A program made the position numbers and the translations under genes. A DNA stretch of 64,000 bases, from the NCBI GenBank assembly GCA_003696625.1, contig RFGR01000151.1, positions 929-64,928 of the forward strand. Reading direction: 5' to 3'. This document shows positions 62,269-64,000 of the stretch, piece after piece. Source of the stretch: Planctomycetota bacterium. GTDB taxonomy: Bacteria > Planctomycetota > UBA1135. Position 1 is the first letter of the stretch; the number at the start of each line of letters is the position of its first letter. The notes under the pieces were generated by a model. The model had not been told where the DNA came from and did no database searches. It worked only from the letters and a program-made list of their open reading frames with translations.

Positions 62269-62274
62269 TAGAAT
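62269..62274 (+). promoter_or_regulatory. Candidate -10 element TAGAAT, 7 nt upstream of the trp leader ATG
   Basis: The sequence gccTTAGAATccccggcATG lies immediately after the cytochrome terminator. Confidence 0.5.
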
Positions 62275-62281
62275 CCCCGGC

Positions 62282-62359
62282 ATGACGTTCGACCGCGTTC
62301 CCCGCTGGTGGTGGCCCGGCCGGCCCGAGGCGATCCCGGGCCGGGCGGCGCGCGGCTGA
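62282..62359 (+). CDS. Candidate trp operon leader peptide (25 aa, three tandem Trp codons)
   Basis: ATG...TGA translates to MTFDRVPRWWWPGRPEAIPGRAARG, with TGG TGG TGG at 62306-62314. It sits 78 nt upstream of trpE. It is below the 60-aa cutoff of the ORF track, where it is visible only as the tail of the 61586..62359 frame. Confidence 0.6.
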   Translation: MTFDRVPRWWWPGRPEAIPGRAARG

Positions 62360-62384
62360 CGCGCCATCCCGGCTCCTCCCGCTT

Positions 62385-62410
62385 CGGGCCTCCGATTCGT
62401 CGGAGGCCCG
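62385..62410 (+). terminator. Candidate attenuator hairpin between the leader ORF and trpE
   Basis: CGGGCCTCCGA-ttcg-TCGGAGGCCCG, an 11-bp perfect stem with a TTCG loop, followed by CTCCCTTTTCGG. It ends 27 nt upstream of the trpE GTG. Confidence 0.55.
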
Positions 62411-62437
62411 CTCCCTTTTCGGCCGAAGAATCCCTAC

Positions 62438-63910
62438 GTGCCCACCTTCCTCGCCACCTCCACCGCCGCCGAGGCGGACCGCCACCGGCTCGCCTGGGCC
62501 GAGTTGCCGGCCGACCTCCTGACCCCGGTGCGGGCCTTCCTGGCCCTGCGCTCGGCCGGCCATAGGGTCTGCCTGCTCGAGTCGGCCGAGGGCCCGGAGC
62601 GCCTGGCTCGGTTCTCCTTCCTCGGCGTCGATCCCTCGGCCCGGCTGGTCGCCGACCGCGGCCGCGGTCGGATCGAGGCCGAGAACGGCGAGGAGCGGGA
62701 GCTGGTCGGCTCCTCCCTGGAGATCCTGCGGGCCGCCGCCGGCGAGCGTCCAGCGCCGCGGCCGCCGCGGCGGCTGCCGCCGTTCTGCGGCGGCTGGATC
62801 GGATCCTTCGCCTACGAATGGGTCCACGAGCTGGAGCCGCGGGTGCCGGCCCGGGACGGTCCGCAGGCTCGGCAGGCGGCGGAATTTCACTACTTCCCGA
62901 CCGTGATCGCCTTCGACCACGCCGGCCAGCGGATGATCCTGATCCGGGCCTGCCCGGACGGAGCCGAGTCCTTCCCGGCGGCGCTCGACGACCTGGGCCG
63001 GCTGGCGGCCGAGCTCGCCGGCCCGGCCGGAAAGGGCGGCGGCTTCCGCCTGCTGGAACCCGAACCGTGTCCGAGCCGAGGGCGCGCCGCCTTCGAGGCC
63101 GGGGTCGCCCGGCTGCAAGAGGCGGTCCGGGAAGGGGAGATCTTCCAGGCCGTCCTCGCCCAGCGCCACGACCTGCGGTTCTCCGGAGACCCCTTCCAGC
63201 TCTACCGGGTGCTGCGGCTGACCAACCCGTCGCCGCACATGTTCTTCTTCGACGGCGGGCGCGAGATCCTGATCGGCTCCTCGCCCGAACGGCTGGTCGC
63301 CGTGCGCGGCGGCCGGGTCCAGGTCCGGCCGATCGCCGGGACCCGGGCCCGGGCCGAGGATCCGGACGAGGACGACCGCCTCGGCGCCGAACTGCTCGGC
63401 GACGCCAAGGAACGGGCCGAACACGACATGCTGGTCGACCTGGCCCGGAACGACCTCGGTCGGATCGCCCGGATCGGAACGGTCTTGGTCCGCGAGCACG
63501 CCCGGCTGGAGAAGTTCGCTCGGGTCCAGCACCTGGTCAGCCGGGTCGAGTGCGAACTGGCCTCCGGCCGCGACGCCCTCGACGCCCTCGCCGCCTGCTT
63601 TCCGGCCGGCACGGTCAGCGGCGCCCCCAAGGTCCGGGCGATGGAGCTCCTGGCCGAGCTGGAGGGCGAGGCGCGGGGCTCCTACGCCGGCGCCTTCGGC
63701 TATCTCGACGGCGCCGGCAACCTGGACATGGCGATCATGATCCGCACCTTCGCGGTCCGCGACGGCGTCGCCTCGGTCGGCGCCGGCGCCGGGGTCGTCC
63801 ACGACTCACGCCCGGAGCGCGAGTACCGCGAGACCATCGAGAAGTCGGCCGCCTTGTTCGAAGCCGCCCGGCTGGCGGCCATCCCCGCCTTCCAGGAGGC
63901 GCCGCGATGA
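62438..63910 (+). CDS. trpE: Anthranilate synthase component I
   Basis: 490 aa with a GTG start. It contains VCLLESAEGPERLARFSFLG, SPHMFFFD, GSSPERLV, RPIAGTRAR, ERAEHDMLVDLARNDLGR and GAFGYLDGAGNLDMAIMIRT. Confidence 0.95.
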   Translation: MPTFLATSTAAEADRHRLAWAELPADLLTPVRAFLALRSAGHRVCLLESAEGPERLARFSFLGVDPSARLVADRGRGRIEAENGEERELVGSSLEILRAAAGERPAPRPPRRLPPFCGGWIGSFAYEWVHELEPRVPARDGPQARQAAEFHYFPTVIAFDHAGQRMILIRACPDGAESFPAALDDLGRLAAELAGPAGKGGGFRLLEPEPCPSRGRAAFEAGVARLQEAVREGEIFQAVLAQRHDLRFSGDPFQLYRVLRLTNPSPHMFFFDGGREILIGSSPERLVAVRGGRVQVRPIAGTRARAEDPDEDDRLGAELLGDAKERAEHDMLVDLARNDLGRIARIGTVLVREHARLEKFARVQHLVSRVECELASGRDALDALAACFPAGTVSGAPKVRAMELLAELEGEARGSYAGAFGYLDGAGNLDMAIMIRTFAVRDGVASVGAGAGVVHDSRPEREYRETIEKSAALFEAARLAAIPAFQEAPR

Positions 63911-64000
63911 TCCTGCTGCTCGACAACTACGACTCCTTCACCTTCAATCTCTATCAGGCGATGGCGGCGATGGGGGCGGAGGTGGAGGTGGTCCGGAACG
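63907..64000 (+). CDS. trpG: Anthranilate synthase component II (glutamine amidotransferase), N-terminal fragment running off the window
   Basis: ATG in an ATGA overlap with the trpE stop. MILLLDNYDSFTFNLYQAMAAMGAEVEVVRN is the typical TrpG/PabA N-terminus. Confidence 0.85.
   Translation, partial: MILLLDNYDSFTFNLYQAMAAMGAEVEVVRN

Overview
Very GC-rich bacterial chromosome segment. My hand counts of typical coding lines give roughly 70-80% GC. The organism is a diderm, since lpxB and lipid-A/LPS genes are present. The window is gene-dense and mostly core. I call about 58 protein genes (trmFO and trpG are cut by the window edges), one 25-codon leader ORF and three tRNAs (Met-CAT, Lys-TTT, Pro-CGG).

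Recognisable blocks:
- gltX and queF.
- A GT2 / lipid-A-N-terminal-domain / LPS-kinase-like / methyltransferase operon.
- lepB.
- A long overlapping-codon operon: FGE-like, lpxB, ECF sigma, anti-sigma, YbjQ, then a prenyltransferase-repeat protein and an FAH-family hydrolase.
- A chaperone supercluster: groEL2, groES, groEL1, dnaJ, grpE, fmdB.
- rpsB-tsf-pyrH-frr.
- selB.
- An amgK/murU-like pair.
- rho followed by a GldA/F/G-like ABC system plus a DUF4340 protein.
- fabH.
- A two-subunit pyruvate:ferredoxin oxidoreductase next to an AceE-type E1.
- guaBA and trpEG.

I saw no CRISPR array, IS element, integrase or prophage. Many long Arg/Pro/Gly/Ala-rich ORFs in the six-frame track are off-frame or antisense artefacts of the high GC content.

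Most interesting observations:
1. A leaderless 25-codon ORF with three tandem Trp codons, plus a hairpin, upstream of trpE. This is a candidate attenuator.
2. A 996-aa single-chain ECF sigma / TM helix / CarboxypepD_reg-repeat protein in an accessory-looking locus 3' of tRNA-Met.
3. A perfect-core sigma-54 type promoter (TGGCAC-N5-TTGC) aimed at the groEL2-groES-groEL1 operon.
4. A pervasive TAGAAT/TANNNT element 5-10 nt upstream of start codons, implying leaderless mRNAs.
5. A low-GC single-gene insert encoding a heptahaem c-type cytochrome between guaA and trpE.

Gene content (DUF1570-like, NPCBM-like, prenyltransferase-repeat, HEAT-vWA, GldG/DUF4340, multiple groEL) reminds me of Planctomycetota-like or related lineages. 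That cannot be established from this window alone.
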